Source: Halorubrum sp. (GTDB taxonomy: Archaea; Halobacteriota; Halobacteria; Halobacteriales; Haloferacaceae). From it: a stretch of DNA of 41,764 bases. Both the position numbers and the translations under genes were made by a program. The DNA is taken from positions 1-41,764 of the forward strand of contig JARVCL010000090.1 in assembly GCA_040405695.1 (NCBI GenBank), in the 5' to 3' direction. This document shows, in pieces, positions 1 to 8,175 of this stretch (the first letter of the stretch is position 1; each line of letters starts with the position of its first letter). Below the pieces are notes generated by a model. That model worked only from the letters and a program-made list of their open reading frames with translations. It was not told where the DNA came from and did not search any database.

Positions 1-86
1 GTCGAATACACGCGTGCACGACAAGAAGTCCGTAATCGGCATCATCCGTGTTCGCTACCGCCTACGTCACGATCCTACTTCAACGT

Positions 87-1172
87 TCAAAGCTGAGTCA
101 GCTCTATGTCGAACGACTCGCGTGTCAGGCCCAGATCTCTGTCGCTCCATCCACTGGATCTGAACTCTGTTCCAGTTATTGAAGACGCGGCCGTTATGAG
201 TGAGTCGATAAGTGGTGTCCCGACGCCGACTCGGTCTGCCATCTCCGACATCGGGACGAGGCCGTACGGGATGTCCTCGTGGTAGAACCGGTGGTCGACC
301 GACTCTGGAGCACGGATCGATTTGTTCGGCTCGCTCTCTCTTAAGATGCGGAGAAATGACTCGCTCTCTCCGGCCTCAGAGGAGGTGGAACCTATCTCCG
401 CGAACAACTCGGGAAACGGCTGCAGGTCGAGGCCCAACTCGTCTCCAATTGCCAGTCGTTCGTCGTCTACTCGGGACATAACGTTCGCCACTGCGGGGGT
501 GGCACCGTCGTAGTAAAACCGGAAATCGCCACCCGTCGCCTCAATCCACGCGGCCGAAAGCACCGCGCCCGGAGGGTGTAACACCGCGTTCACGTTACAC
601 AGCGAGGTGTGGAGTACGCTCGAAACTGGAGTAATATCCGGATAGAGCTGCTCGATGTCCAGTTCGGTGGTCTCGGAACCCGACCCCGATATTGTGCCAC
701 ACCGGACGTTTTCCACTTTTGAGGAGACGTGAACGTGGTCCTCTCCGCGCTTTCGGCAGATGTATGTCAGCGTGTTGGTCTCAGATATGCGTGGAATCGG
801 GTCTTTCTTGCGGGACCGGAACATTTCGTGGAACAGCAGCGCCCCACCAGTACTCCCGGGATTGAGCAGTATTGGTGTGTCCGTGACGAGCCCTGATAGA
901 TCGGCTGCGAGGGATTCGAACGCCGTCGCTGGGAGCACCACGACGATGACATCGGCGCCCTCGACGACCGTCGCTAGGTCGCACGTGATAACGGGTATCG
1001 AGACAAACCCCTCGCCGATCGCTCCGCTGAACTCGATACCGCCACGATCATCTATCGCGGCGATCGTCTCGTACGACCGGTTGTACAGCTGTACTCGATG
1101 ACCGTCCGTCTGTAGATCGGCGGCGGCTGCGAACCCGCCGTTTCCCCCGCCGATTACTGCAACCGTGGCCAT
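87..1172 (-). CDS. NAD/NADP octopine/nopaline (opine) dehydrogenase family protein
   Basis: N-terminal Rossmann motif VIGGGNGG; ETNTLTYICR, NVNAVLHP, FYYDG and HRFYHEDIPYGLVP segments typical of opine dehydrogenases; 3 bp downstream of the enolase gene, so probably one operon. Confidence 0.88.
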   Translation of the reverse strand: MATVAVIGGGNGGFAAAADLQTDGHRVQLYNRSYETIAAIDDRGGIEFSGAIGEGFVSIPVITCDLATVVEGADVIVVVLPATAFESLAADLSGLVTDTPILLNPGSTGGALLFHEMFRSRKKDPIPRISETNTLTYICRKRGEDHVHVSSKVENVRCGTISGSGSETTELDIEQLYPDITPVSSVLHTSLCNVNAVLHPPGAVLSAAWIEATGGDFRFYYDGATPAVANVMSRVDDERLAIGDELGLDLQPFPELFAEIGSTSSEAGESESFLRILRESEPNKSIRAPESVDHRFYHEDIPYGLVPMSEMADRVGVGTPLIDSLITAASSITGTEFRSSGWSDRDLGLTRESFDIELTQL

Positions 1173-1175
1173 GGA

Positions 1176-2333
1176 TCACTCGATGCTGTACTCGGCGATC
1201 TTCGATTCGTCGACCGTGATCCCGAGACCGGGGCCCGACGGAACAAGGACCTCGCCGTCCTCGTAAGTAAACGGTTCTTCCACGATATCGTCCTCGTAGT
1301 ACACACCGGCGATCTCTCCGTCATACGCCTCGGCCGGACGGTTCACCGGCGTAACGCTCGCCATCCCGGCGATCGACACGGCAGCACCGAGGTGGAGATT
1401 GGCGGCGTTCCCGATTCCCATCTCGATCGATCCGCCGATATCACACCGCATCCCGACGGCCTCACCGACGACTCCGACCCGGTGGGCCCTGTGAAGCCCG
1501 CCGGGCTTTGTGACGTACAACGAGAACAGCTCCGCGGCGTTTCGTTCGTCGAGCTCGAGCACGCTCTGTGGTGTCCAAGCCCCCTCGTCGGCCATGATCG
1601 GTACGCGTACCTTATCAGCAACGACAGCCAGGTCGTCACGGTCCGCAACCGGCTGTTCCATGTACGCGATGTCGTACTCTTCCATGCGTCGGGTCACATC
1701 GATCGCTTTCGAGCGGAGTTCGTATCCCTCGTTTGCGTCGATACGGATCGTGACTTCCCGTCCGAGAGTCTCGCGGAGTCGTCGTACGAGCTCCACGTCC
1801 CGCTCCGCGTCGATTCCCGCTTTCATTTTGATCGTGGTCACTCCCTCACCGACCGCCCGTTCGGCTTCGGCGACCGCTTCGTCGTTGTCCATGATGCCGA
1901 GACTGTGTGCGACGGGTATCCTGTCCCGATGGGCGCCACCGAGGAGCTCGTACACCGGAACGCCGAGCTGCTTCCCAGCCAGATCGTGTAACGCGATGTC
2001 GATCGCCGCCTTCGCGTACGGGTGTCCTTTCACCTTCTGGTCCATCTCGTCGTTGATCGGCCCTATCGACAGCGGCGAACGTCCCTCAATCACCGGGAAG
2101 AGATAGTCATCAATGATGCTTCTGGCTGTTTTGGGTGACTCACCGTAGTACTTCATGTGTGCGCCCCCCCACGTCGTAATTGGCGGGGTCTCTCCCCATC
2201 CAACGAGTCCGGTATCGGTTTCGAGACGAACGATCAGATGTGATCCGATCGACGTTTCCATCTTGCTCGCCCAGTTGTGGGTTCGACGCTCTGGCAGTTT
2301 GACGAAGTGGTGATCAATGTGTTCAATCCGCAT
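1176..2333 (-). CDS. Enolase superfamily, muconate-cycloisomerase (MLE) subgroup enzyme
   Basis: GWGE capping-domain motif, AIDIALHDLAGK, KMK catalytic motif, metal ligands in DANE / EQP / ADE, C-terminal PGLG. Confidence 0.85.
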   Translation of the reverse strand: MRIEHIDHHFVKLPERRTHNWASKMETSIGSHLIVRLETDTGLVGWGETPPITTWGGAHMKYYGESPKTARSIIDDYLFPVIEGRSPLSIGPINDEMDQKVKGHPYAKAAIDIALHDLAGKQLGVPVYELLGGAHRDRIPVAHSLGIMDNDEAVAEAERAVGEGVTTIKMKAGIDAERDVELVRRLRETLGREVTIRIDANEGYELRSKAIDVTRRMEEYDIAYMEQPVADRDDLAVVADKVRVPIMADEGAWTPQSVLELDERNAAELFSLYVTKPGGLHRAHRVGVVGEAVGMRCDIGGSIEMGIGNAANLHLGAAVSIAGMASVTPVNRPAEAYDGEIAGVYYEDDIVEEPFTYEDGEVLVPSGPGLGITVDESKIAEYSIE

Positions 2334-2439
2334 ACAAGCACATCAGTCGGATGTGACTTAGTTGTGCCGCCCGCCATCGACACGACTCATCGGCGTCAAA
2401 CCGACTGCCCATGGTATCTTATGTCACCCGTTCAAAACG

Positions 2440-2449
2440 CTTTTATATA
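2440..2449 (+). promoter_or_regulatory. Candidate archaeal TATA box in the divergent intergenic region
   Basis: CTTTTATATA between the divergent enolase and tautomerase genes. Confidence 0.45.
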
Positions 2450-2492
2450 CCGAGACCGCCGGTTATCTTGAGGACAGCTCCCTCGCACACCC

Positions 2493-2684
2493 ATGCCCGT
2501 TGTAAGCGTCAAAATGTACGAAGGCCGAACCACCGAACAGAAACAAGCGATTGTGGAGGGGATAACGGAAACGATGGTTGACCACGCCGGCGCGAACCCG
2601 GAGACTCTTCACGTCGTGATAGAGGACGTGCCGGAGGACAGCTGGGGACGGAACGGAAAGCTCGGCATCCACCGGGAGGACTGA
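2493..2684 (+). CDS. 4-oxalocrotonate (2-hydroxymuconate) tautomerase family protein
   Basis: 63 aa; Pro immediately after the initiator Met, EGRTxEQK, and C-terminal WGxxG. Confidence 0.92.
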   Translation: MPVVSVKMYEGRTTEQKQAIVEGITETMVDHAGANPETLHVVIEDVPEDSWGRNGKLGIHRED

Positions 2685-2686
2685 CT

Positions 2687-3046
2687 ATGGGAGATGGTAT
2701 CGGCCACGTCTCACACCTCCTGTTACAAACGAGCGATCTGAATCGACTCGAAGCGTTCTACACTGATGTCATTGGCTTTTCGGTGAAGAAACGCGAGCGC
2801 TTCGGTGACGACCAGCCGCTCGTCGTCATGCACGAGCGTCTCGGTCTCACCGAGATCCCGCCAGCGGATGCCAGCGACGATCGCATCGTTGAGCACGTCG
2901 CGTTCCAGATTGATGACATCGACGGACTCGTAGAGTCACTACACCAGCACGACGTGGAAATTGACGACGGACCGAAGTCGACGAGTTATGGTACATCGGT
3001 ATACTTCTTCGATCCTGACGGGAACCGGATCGAATGTCACGACTGA
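2687..3046 (+). CDS. VOC / glyoxalase-family protein
   Basis: SHLLL...FYTDVIGF, EHVAF, YFFDPDGNRIE; His/His/Glu metal-ligand pattern. Confidence 0.88.
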   Translation: MGDGIGHVSHLLLQTSDLNRLEAFYTDVIGFSVKKRERFGDDQPLVVMHERLGLTEIPPADASDDRIVEHVAFQIDDIDGLVESLHQHDVEIDDGPKSTSYGTSVYFFDPDGNRIECHD

Positions 3047-3076
3047 CCCGCACGACGTCACGATGACCCGCACGAC
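3036..3076 (+). repeat. Tandem duplication (about 21 bp x2) spanning the VOC stop codon
   Basis: gtcacgactgacccgcacgac (3036-3056) followed by gtcacga-tgacccgcacgac (3057-3076). Confidence 0.8.
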
Positions 3077-3131
3077 CATACCGCGCCCGCACGCAACGGC
3101 GTTACAGAGCACAAAAGCAGATCACTAATTC

Positions 3132-4064
3132 ATGTACACACCGGACGACAAACGATTCATCGGCGCTGACGAACCGACTCAAACGACGCGACTCGACGGC
3201 GTCACTGCCGCCGTCATCGGCGGTGACGGGAGAGAACTCGAATACCTCAGGGGGCTGAAAGCTGACGGTGCCGAACTGCGGGCATGTGGCTGTCTGCCAG
3301 AGGCTGAAGAGATCATGGGACACCCCCAAACGGAGACGGCCGCGGAAGCCGTCGCGGGTGCGGACATCGTGCTAACGACTGTCGTCTACATCACCGAGGA
3401 CGGGTATATATACACTCCTGAGTGGGAAGGTGAGATACACCAGTCCGCCTTCGAGCACATAGACCCTGGCGCGACGCTGTACATCGGAACGAGCACGGAT
3501 GAGATCGACTCAATCGCGGACGACGTGGGATTCACTGTGACCGAATACGGGGACGACGACGAGCTCATGCTTCTCCGTGCGCCCACGATCGTCGAGGGCG
3601 CACTCAAAATCGCGATCGAGAACACGGACATCTCCATTCACGACTCGAACTCCGTCGTCATGGGATTCGGCCGAATGGGGTTCGCAATGGCTCGTGCGCT
3701 CGTTCCGCTCGGCGCCGATACGACGGTACTAGCTCGTGACAGAGCACAGCTAGCTCGAGCGCGCGAGTTAGGTGCGCAGCCGGTGCTACTCGAACACAAA
3801 ACCAACGTGCTGGCCGATGCGGAGATCGTCTTCAACACAATACCCGTCGAACTATTGGATCGCGAGACGCTCGAAGCGATGAACAAAAAGCCCGTCATCG
3901 TCGATCTCTCCAGTGTTCCCGGTGGGACCGACTTCGACGCCGCGGAGGAGCTGGGAATCACGGCGATCCTCGCTCGAGGACTCGGCGGGCGAGCACCGAA
4001 GACGGCCGGACGCAGCCAGTGGCAGGGTATCAGGCGAATGATCCTCGAAGCCGGCGACATCTGA
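3132..4064 (+). CDS. dpaA: Dipicolinate synthase subunit A (DpaA/SpoVFA)-like NAD(P)-binding oxidoreductase
   Basis: AVIGGDxRxLE N-terminus, EGAxxIAIENTDISIHDS, GFGRMG, FNTIP, DLSSVPGGTDF and APKTAG are colinear with Bacillus SpoVFA as recalled. Confidence 0.85.
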   Translation: MYTPDDKRFIGADEPTQTTRLDGVTAAVIGGDGRELEYLRGLKADGAELRACGCLPEAEEIMGHPQTETAAEAVAGADIVLTTVVYITEDGYIYTPEWEGEIHQSAFEHIDPGATLYIGTSTDEIDSIADDVGFTVTEYGDDDELMLLRAPTIVEGALKIAIENTDISIHDSNSVVMGFGRMGFAMARALVPLGADTTVLARDRAQLARARELGAQPVLLEHKTNVLADAEIVFNTIPVELLDRETLEAMNKKPVIVDLSSVPGGTDFDAAEELGITAILARGLGGRAPKTAGRSQWQGIRRMILEAGDI

Positions 4065-4077
4065 TCCGCACGACCGC

Positions 4078-5256
4078 TCAGTTCACAATTGGAAGCGAAG
4101 CGGCGGCATCGGTCAGCTTTTCGAACCCGTCGTCGGTGACTACCACTTCATCCTCAATCAGGAAGCCGCCGGATCCAAGCTCGTTGTACGGCGGTTCGAT
4201 ACACATGACCATGTTCTCGCGTATCGTTCCGCCGTCGGGGACGATTGTCGGGGTGTCGTAGATCTCAACGCCGATGCCGTGCCCGAGGTGGAACGGCGAG
4301 AACTCGTCGAACGCGTCGACGCCGGACGATTGAACAGCGTCGACGCCAGCTTCAAACACCGCGTCCGTTCCTGCACCATCTTGTAACTCGGATAGCGCGG
4401 ACTCTAGTCCAGCGTACAACGCCTCGTACTTCCGCTCGTGCTCATCGGACGCGGAGCCGTATGCGAACGTGCGACCGACGTCCGAACAGTAGTTCTCGTA
4501 GGTACATCCAGCGTCCCACCGGACGAGATCGCCGTCCTCAATCTCCCTATCCCCGGGGATCGGGTGTGTGTACGCGGTCCGGGTCCCGAACCCGACGGTG
4601 AGAAATAGTGGACGGCCGCCTTTTTCACACACACGGGCGCGGAATTCGTTTGCTAGATCCCGTTCGGTCATTCCAGGTTCGAGACATTCCATCGCTTCCT
4701 CCATCGACCGTTCGGTGATCGTTGCGGACGTCCGGAGTCGTTCGATCTCGGCGTCTGTTTTCACCTCCCGAAGCGAGTAGAACTGCTCGTCCGCCGGGAT
4801 CAGCTGCCGATCGGACACCCGCCGTTCCAACGCCTCGTACTCCTTTGGCTCGAACCCGCTCCGCTCAACCCCGACACGCGGGCCGTCGGCCAGCTCCGAT
4901 ATCGCGGCGGCGAGTGCGGGAATCGGGTCGTCAAAGTCCCGTTCGTTCTGTAAACGATGGATACGCTGATCGGTGGTGGAGAGCGAATCGCTCAGGTAGA
5001 TGTTCGTCTTCCCGTACGGGAACACGCCCTCTGGGTCAACGTCCATATCGACGAGGCTGCTCGTCTCTCTGGCCGGCATCACGAGGTACGGGCCACCCAT
5101 GCTGCGTGACCAAACGCTGTATCCAGCTTCTCCGAACCGAGTGGTTGCGATACAGTGCATCCCCGAGGAGTGAAACACGTTTTCCGGCGTTGCCGCGACT
5201 AACACGTCCAGATCGCCTTCCTCGAGCATGCTAGCCATTCGGGATTCTGTGAGCAT
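4078..5256 (-). CDS. M24 family (Xaa-Pro peptidase/creatinase fold) metallohydrolase
   Basis: Creatinase_N-like N-terminus, REVKTDAEI, full metal set DAG..SDVGRT, HGIG, EPP, IED; start at ATG 5256 chosen because TTTATTAT lies about 28 bp upstream on the minus strand. Confidence 0.88.
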   Translation of the reverse strand: MLTESRMASMLEEGDLDVLVAATPENVFHSSGMHCIATTRFGEAGYSVWSRSMGGPYLVMPARETSSLVDMDVDPEGVFPYGKTNIYLSDSLSTTDQRIHRLQNERDFDDPIPALAAAISELADGPRVGVERSGFEPKEYEALERRVSDRQLIPADEQFYSLREVKTDAEIERLRTSATITERSMEEAMECLEPGMTERDLANEFRARVCEKGGRPLFLTVGFGTRTAYTHPIPGDREIEDGDLVRWDAGCTYENYCSDVGRTFAYGSASDEHERKYEALYAGLESALSELQDGAGTDAVFEAGVDAVQSSGVDAFDEFSPFHLGHGIGVEIYDTPTIVPDGGTIRENMVMCIEPPYNELGSGGFLIEDEVVVTDDGFEKLTDAAASLPIVN

Positions 5257-5411
5257 CGATATCACATGTTACTCCGCGTGATAATAAAGAACCCGGCGAG
5301 GACCACGACGCCCGATCAGGATCACCACCGAAGCTTGGCCGATGCCATATCTGCGAACGTTTATAACTGTGGGGTGTGGTATCATATGATGAACGACTAC
5401 GACCAGAAACA

Positions 5412-6845
5412 ATGTCAAACCTACTAATCAAGGACGTCGATACGGTACTGACCGTCGATCCAGATGATCGGATACAAGAAAACTGCTCGATCGTGGTTCG
5501 AGACGGAGAGATACGAGAGATCGGTCCGGCCGACGAGATCGCAGCGACGAACGCCGAACCGGATTTCGACGAGGTGATCGACGGGAACGGATCGTTACTC
5601 ATGCCCGGACTGGTGGACGCCCACTTTCATCTCTCCGAGCACCTGAGCCGTGGGCTGTTTCCGGACAACCTCTCGACGCGTCCGTGGGTGTTCAATTGGG
5701 CGAAGCCGTACTACTCCGCGGTAGACGAGGAGGCGGAACGGTGGAGCATCAAGATGGCCTGCCTCGAGATGATAAAGACGGGGACGACCTGCTTCCTCGA
5801 GATGGGTTCTCAACACCACCCCGGCGTCGTCGTCGAGGCGGCGGGCGAGACGGGGATTCGGGGCATCACGGGTCGACACGCGGCGGACGTCGTCCCCGAC
5901 GAGATCCCTCCTTACTGGTCCGAGGAAATGGTCGACCACCACTTCTTCGAGGACGCCGACGAGGCGTTGGCCGCCCTGCGAGACGCAGTACACACGTGGA
6001 ACGACTCGGCCGACGGCCGCATCCGCTGTTGGGCGAACATCGAAGGGAAGGAGCCATGTAGTCCCGAGCTCCACCGCGGCGCATCGGAGCTCGCCGAGGA
6101 GCTCGGGGTCGGGACGACGTACCACATCGCGTCCTCGATCGAGGAGGCCGAAGGGAGCGAGCGGAAGCATGGCACGTGGCCCGTCGAACGGCTGGCGGAT
6201 ATCGGCGCGTTGGGTCCCAACGTGGTTCTCGCACACGTGGTCGCGGCGAAGGACCACGAGATCGATCTGCTCGCCGAACACGACACCAAGGTGGCGTTCT
6301 GCCCGGGAACCTCGTTCAAGCTCGCGAAGGGTGCTGCGGACATCGGAAAGTATCCGGAGATGCTCGACGCCGGGGTGAACGTGGTGTTGGGCTGTGACGG
6401 GACGTCCGCGGCCGGTTCGGCCGACATGCTCGAACAGATGTACATCACCGCGGGACTGTTCAAGGACGCCCGGCGGAATCCCGAGCTCGTTCCCGCGTCG
6501 AAAGCGATCCGGATGGCGACCATCGACGGCGCGAAGGGGCTGCTCTGGGACGACGAGATCGGCTCGGTTGAGGTCGGGAAGCGAGCGGATCTGATCATGT
6601 TCGATCTCGACTCGATCGAATGGACGCCACATCACCGACCGGTTCAGACGCTCGTGTACTCGTCGAACTCCCACAACATCCAACACACCATCATCGACGG
6701 CCAGATCGTCATGCGCGATCGAGAGGTCCTTACGATGGACGAGGAGACGGTCAAACGGAAGGCGAACGAGCACGGGCAACGCGTCGCCGAGGAGGCGGGA
6801 CTCCTCGATGGCGGCATCCCCACGACCACGACGCTGTACGACTGA
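5412..6845 (+). CDS. Amidohydrolase superfamily protein (MtaD/Atz/Trz-like deaminase group)
   Basis: MPGLVDAHFH, LAH, GCDG, ATIDGAK, GSVEVGKRAD motifs; ATG 5412 (MSNLLIKD) is the likely start. Confidence 0.88.
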   Translation: MSNLLIKDVDTVLTVDPDDRIQENCSIVVRDGEIREIGPADEIAATNAEPDFDEVIDGNGSLLMPGLVDAHFHLSEHLSRGLFPDNLSTRPWVFNWAKPYYSAVDEEAERWSIKMACLEMIKTGTTCFLEMGSQHHPGVVVEAAGETGIRGITGRHAADVVPDEIPPYWSEEMVDHHFFEDADEALAALRDAVHTWNDSADGRIRCWANIEGKEPCSPELHRGASELAEELGVGTTYHIASSIEEAEGSERKHGTWPVERLADIGALGPNVVLAHVVAAKDHEIDLLAEHDTKVAFCPGTSFKLAKGAADIGKYPEMLDAGVNVVLGCDGTSAAGSADMLEQMYITAGLFKDARRNPELVPASKAIRMATIDGAKGLLWDDEIGSVEVGKRADLIMFDLDSIEWTPHHRPVQTLVYSSNSHNIQHTIIDGQIVMRDREVLTMDEETVKRKANEHGQRVAEEAGLLDGGIPTTTTLYD

Positions 6846-6904
6846 ACTGACGCGCAGCTCCCCTGACGGGTGCTCTTTCGATCGTCTCCGAACCGTTGCT
6901 CCAC

Positions 6905-7300
6905 TCAGTACGTCCGGTAGCTCGCGGAACCGATATCGATCCGCACGAGCGTGTTATCGTCGTACGCGTCCGGCGGTGCGCCGTACTTCTCATTGATCTG
7001 CCGCGTCGCTCGCCGGTTCTCCGTTTCGTCCGTGATGATCGTCGCCGTTCCGAGCAGTGAAACCATCCACTCCGTGTCTCCGTCCTCGTCGGACTGTACG
7101 GAGAGCGCCACTTTCGGGTTCGCCCGAATGTTCGCGAGCTTCCGACCGGTGGTGACGATCTCCACGTACCCGTCCTCGTATCGATACCATACCGGGGCGA
7201 CGTGTGGACGCCCGTCCTGACACGTCGCGAGATGGATCATAAGCGGCTCACTCGTCAGTAGGGCTTCCACCGTCTCCGGGATGTCTGCCATACCGTTCAT
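6905..7300 (-). CDS. Pyridoxamine 5'-phosphate oxidase-like (PPOX, possibly F420-binding) protein
   Basis: LATCQDGRPHVAPVWY, KLANIRANPKVALSV; the true start may be ATG 7291. Confidence 0.85.
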   Translation of the reverse strand: MNGMADIPETVEALLTSEPLMIHLATCQDGRPHVAPVWYRYEDGYVEIVTTGRKLANIRANPKVALSVQSDEDGDTEWMVSLLGTATIITDETENRRATRQINEKYGAPPDAYDDNTLVRIDIGSASYRTY

Positions 7301-7407
7301 AACGGTATCCGTAATCTATAGTCTTCCGTCTACTCCTCGTGGAACACCCGGGACCTCGCGGGACGACGTGGGAGAACGATTAAACCTCCCTCGGTGCTAC
7401 TCGAACC

Positions 7408-8049
7408 GTGAAACGGGTGTATCTCGTTCGGCACGGACAGACGGCGTGGAACGCCGAGGACCGGATCCAGGGTTGGACGCGAGTCGGGTTGGACGAGACC
7501 GGACGAAGACAGGCCGAGAAGCTGGCGGCGTTTCTCGCACGGTCACATCCGGAGATCGGTCTGGTTGCCTCCTCGGACCTCCCTCGAGCGCTCGACACGG
7601 CGAAAACGATCGTCGCGACGGAGCCGTTCACGGAGCTGTCCGTGCGGGTCGATCCGGCGTGGCGGGAACGGAACTTCGGGGAGTTCCAGGGTCTCGATTC
7701 GTCCACCTTCTTCGAGGAGTATCCCGAGTACTCCATCCTCGATCACGGCGCTGCGGGCGCGAATCGGACGCCCAAAGACGGTGAGAGCTATGCCGAGTTC
7801 GACACGCGCGTCGTCGACGCGTGGACCGCGTTCGTCGAGACGCTTCCCGTGGACGCCGCCTGTCTCGTCGCTCATAGCAACGTGGTCCGGCAGATACGCG
7901 CTCACATCGAGGGGATGAACTATCGAGAAGCGATCACCGATATCGACGTTGCGAACTGCTCGGTCACCGAGATCCGTGTAACCGATGCTGACGCGTCGAT
8001 CGGGTATCGGAACCGGGACTCGTTCCTATCGGATTCTGTTCCGGAATGA
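7408..8049 (+). CDS. Histidine phosphatase (phosphoglycerate mutase-like) family protein
   Basis: LVRHGQT, SSDLPRA, ERNFGEFQG, GES, VAH; GTG start with GATTAAAC about 28 bp upstream. Confidence 0.9.
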   Translation: MKRVYLVRHGQTAWNAEDRIQGWTRVGLDETGRRQAEKLAAFLARSHPEIGLVASSDLPRALDTAKTIVATEPFTELSVRVDPAWRERNFGEFQGLDSSTFFEEYPEYSILDHGAAGANRTPKDGESYAEFDTRVVDAWTAFVETLPVDAACLVAHSNVVRQIRAHIEGMNYREAITDIDVANCSVTEIRVTDADASIGYRNRDSFLSDSVPE

Positions 8050-8061
8050 GGACGCTATCGT

Positions 8062-8128
8062 TCCGGTGCTCGGCCGTGCCGTTCCGCTCCGGTGCTCGGC
8101 CGTGCCGTTCCGCTCCGGTGCTCGGCCG
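8062..8128 (+). repeat. 26-bp tandem repeat, about 2.6 copies
   Basis: tccggtgctcggccgtgccgttccgc at 8062-8087 and 8088-8113 (identical), partial third copy at 8114-8128. Confidence 0.92.
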
Positions 8129-8175
8129 GTCGGTTCGTCAGTAGGTATAAGGCGGCACTCGCTGTATGTCGGATC

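Noticed and set aside
87-1172. Opine metallophore (staphylopine/pseudopaline) biosynthesis
   Set aside because: No nicotianamine-synthase-like gene, exporter or metal transporter lies within the window. Sequence beyond the left edge cannot be seen.
3132-4064. Evidence for sporulation or a Bacillota origin of the window
   Set aside because: The protein is acidic with the same codon style as its haloarchaeal neighbours, and there is no dpaB, asd, dapG or other sporulation gene.
5595-6779. Long antisense ORFs (5595-6779, 34199-35269, 8638-9405 and similar)
   Set aside because: They lie opposite well-supported genes, have no recognisable motifs, and are expected shadows of high-GC codon bias.
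8062-8128. Possible CRISPR array
   Set aside because: The units are directly adjacent with no unique spacers, there are only 2.6 copies, and no cas genes are present.
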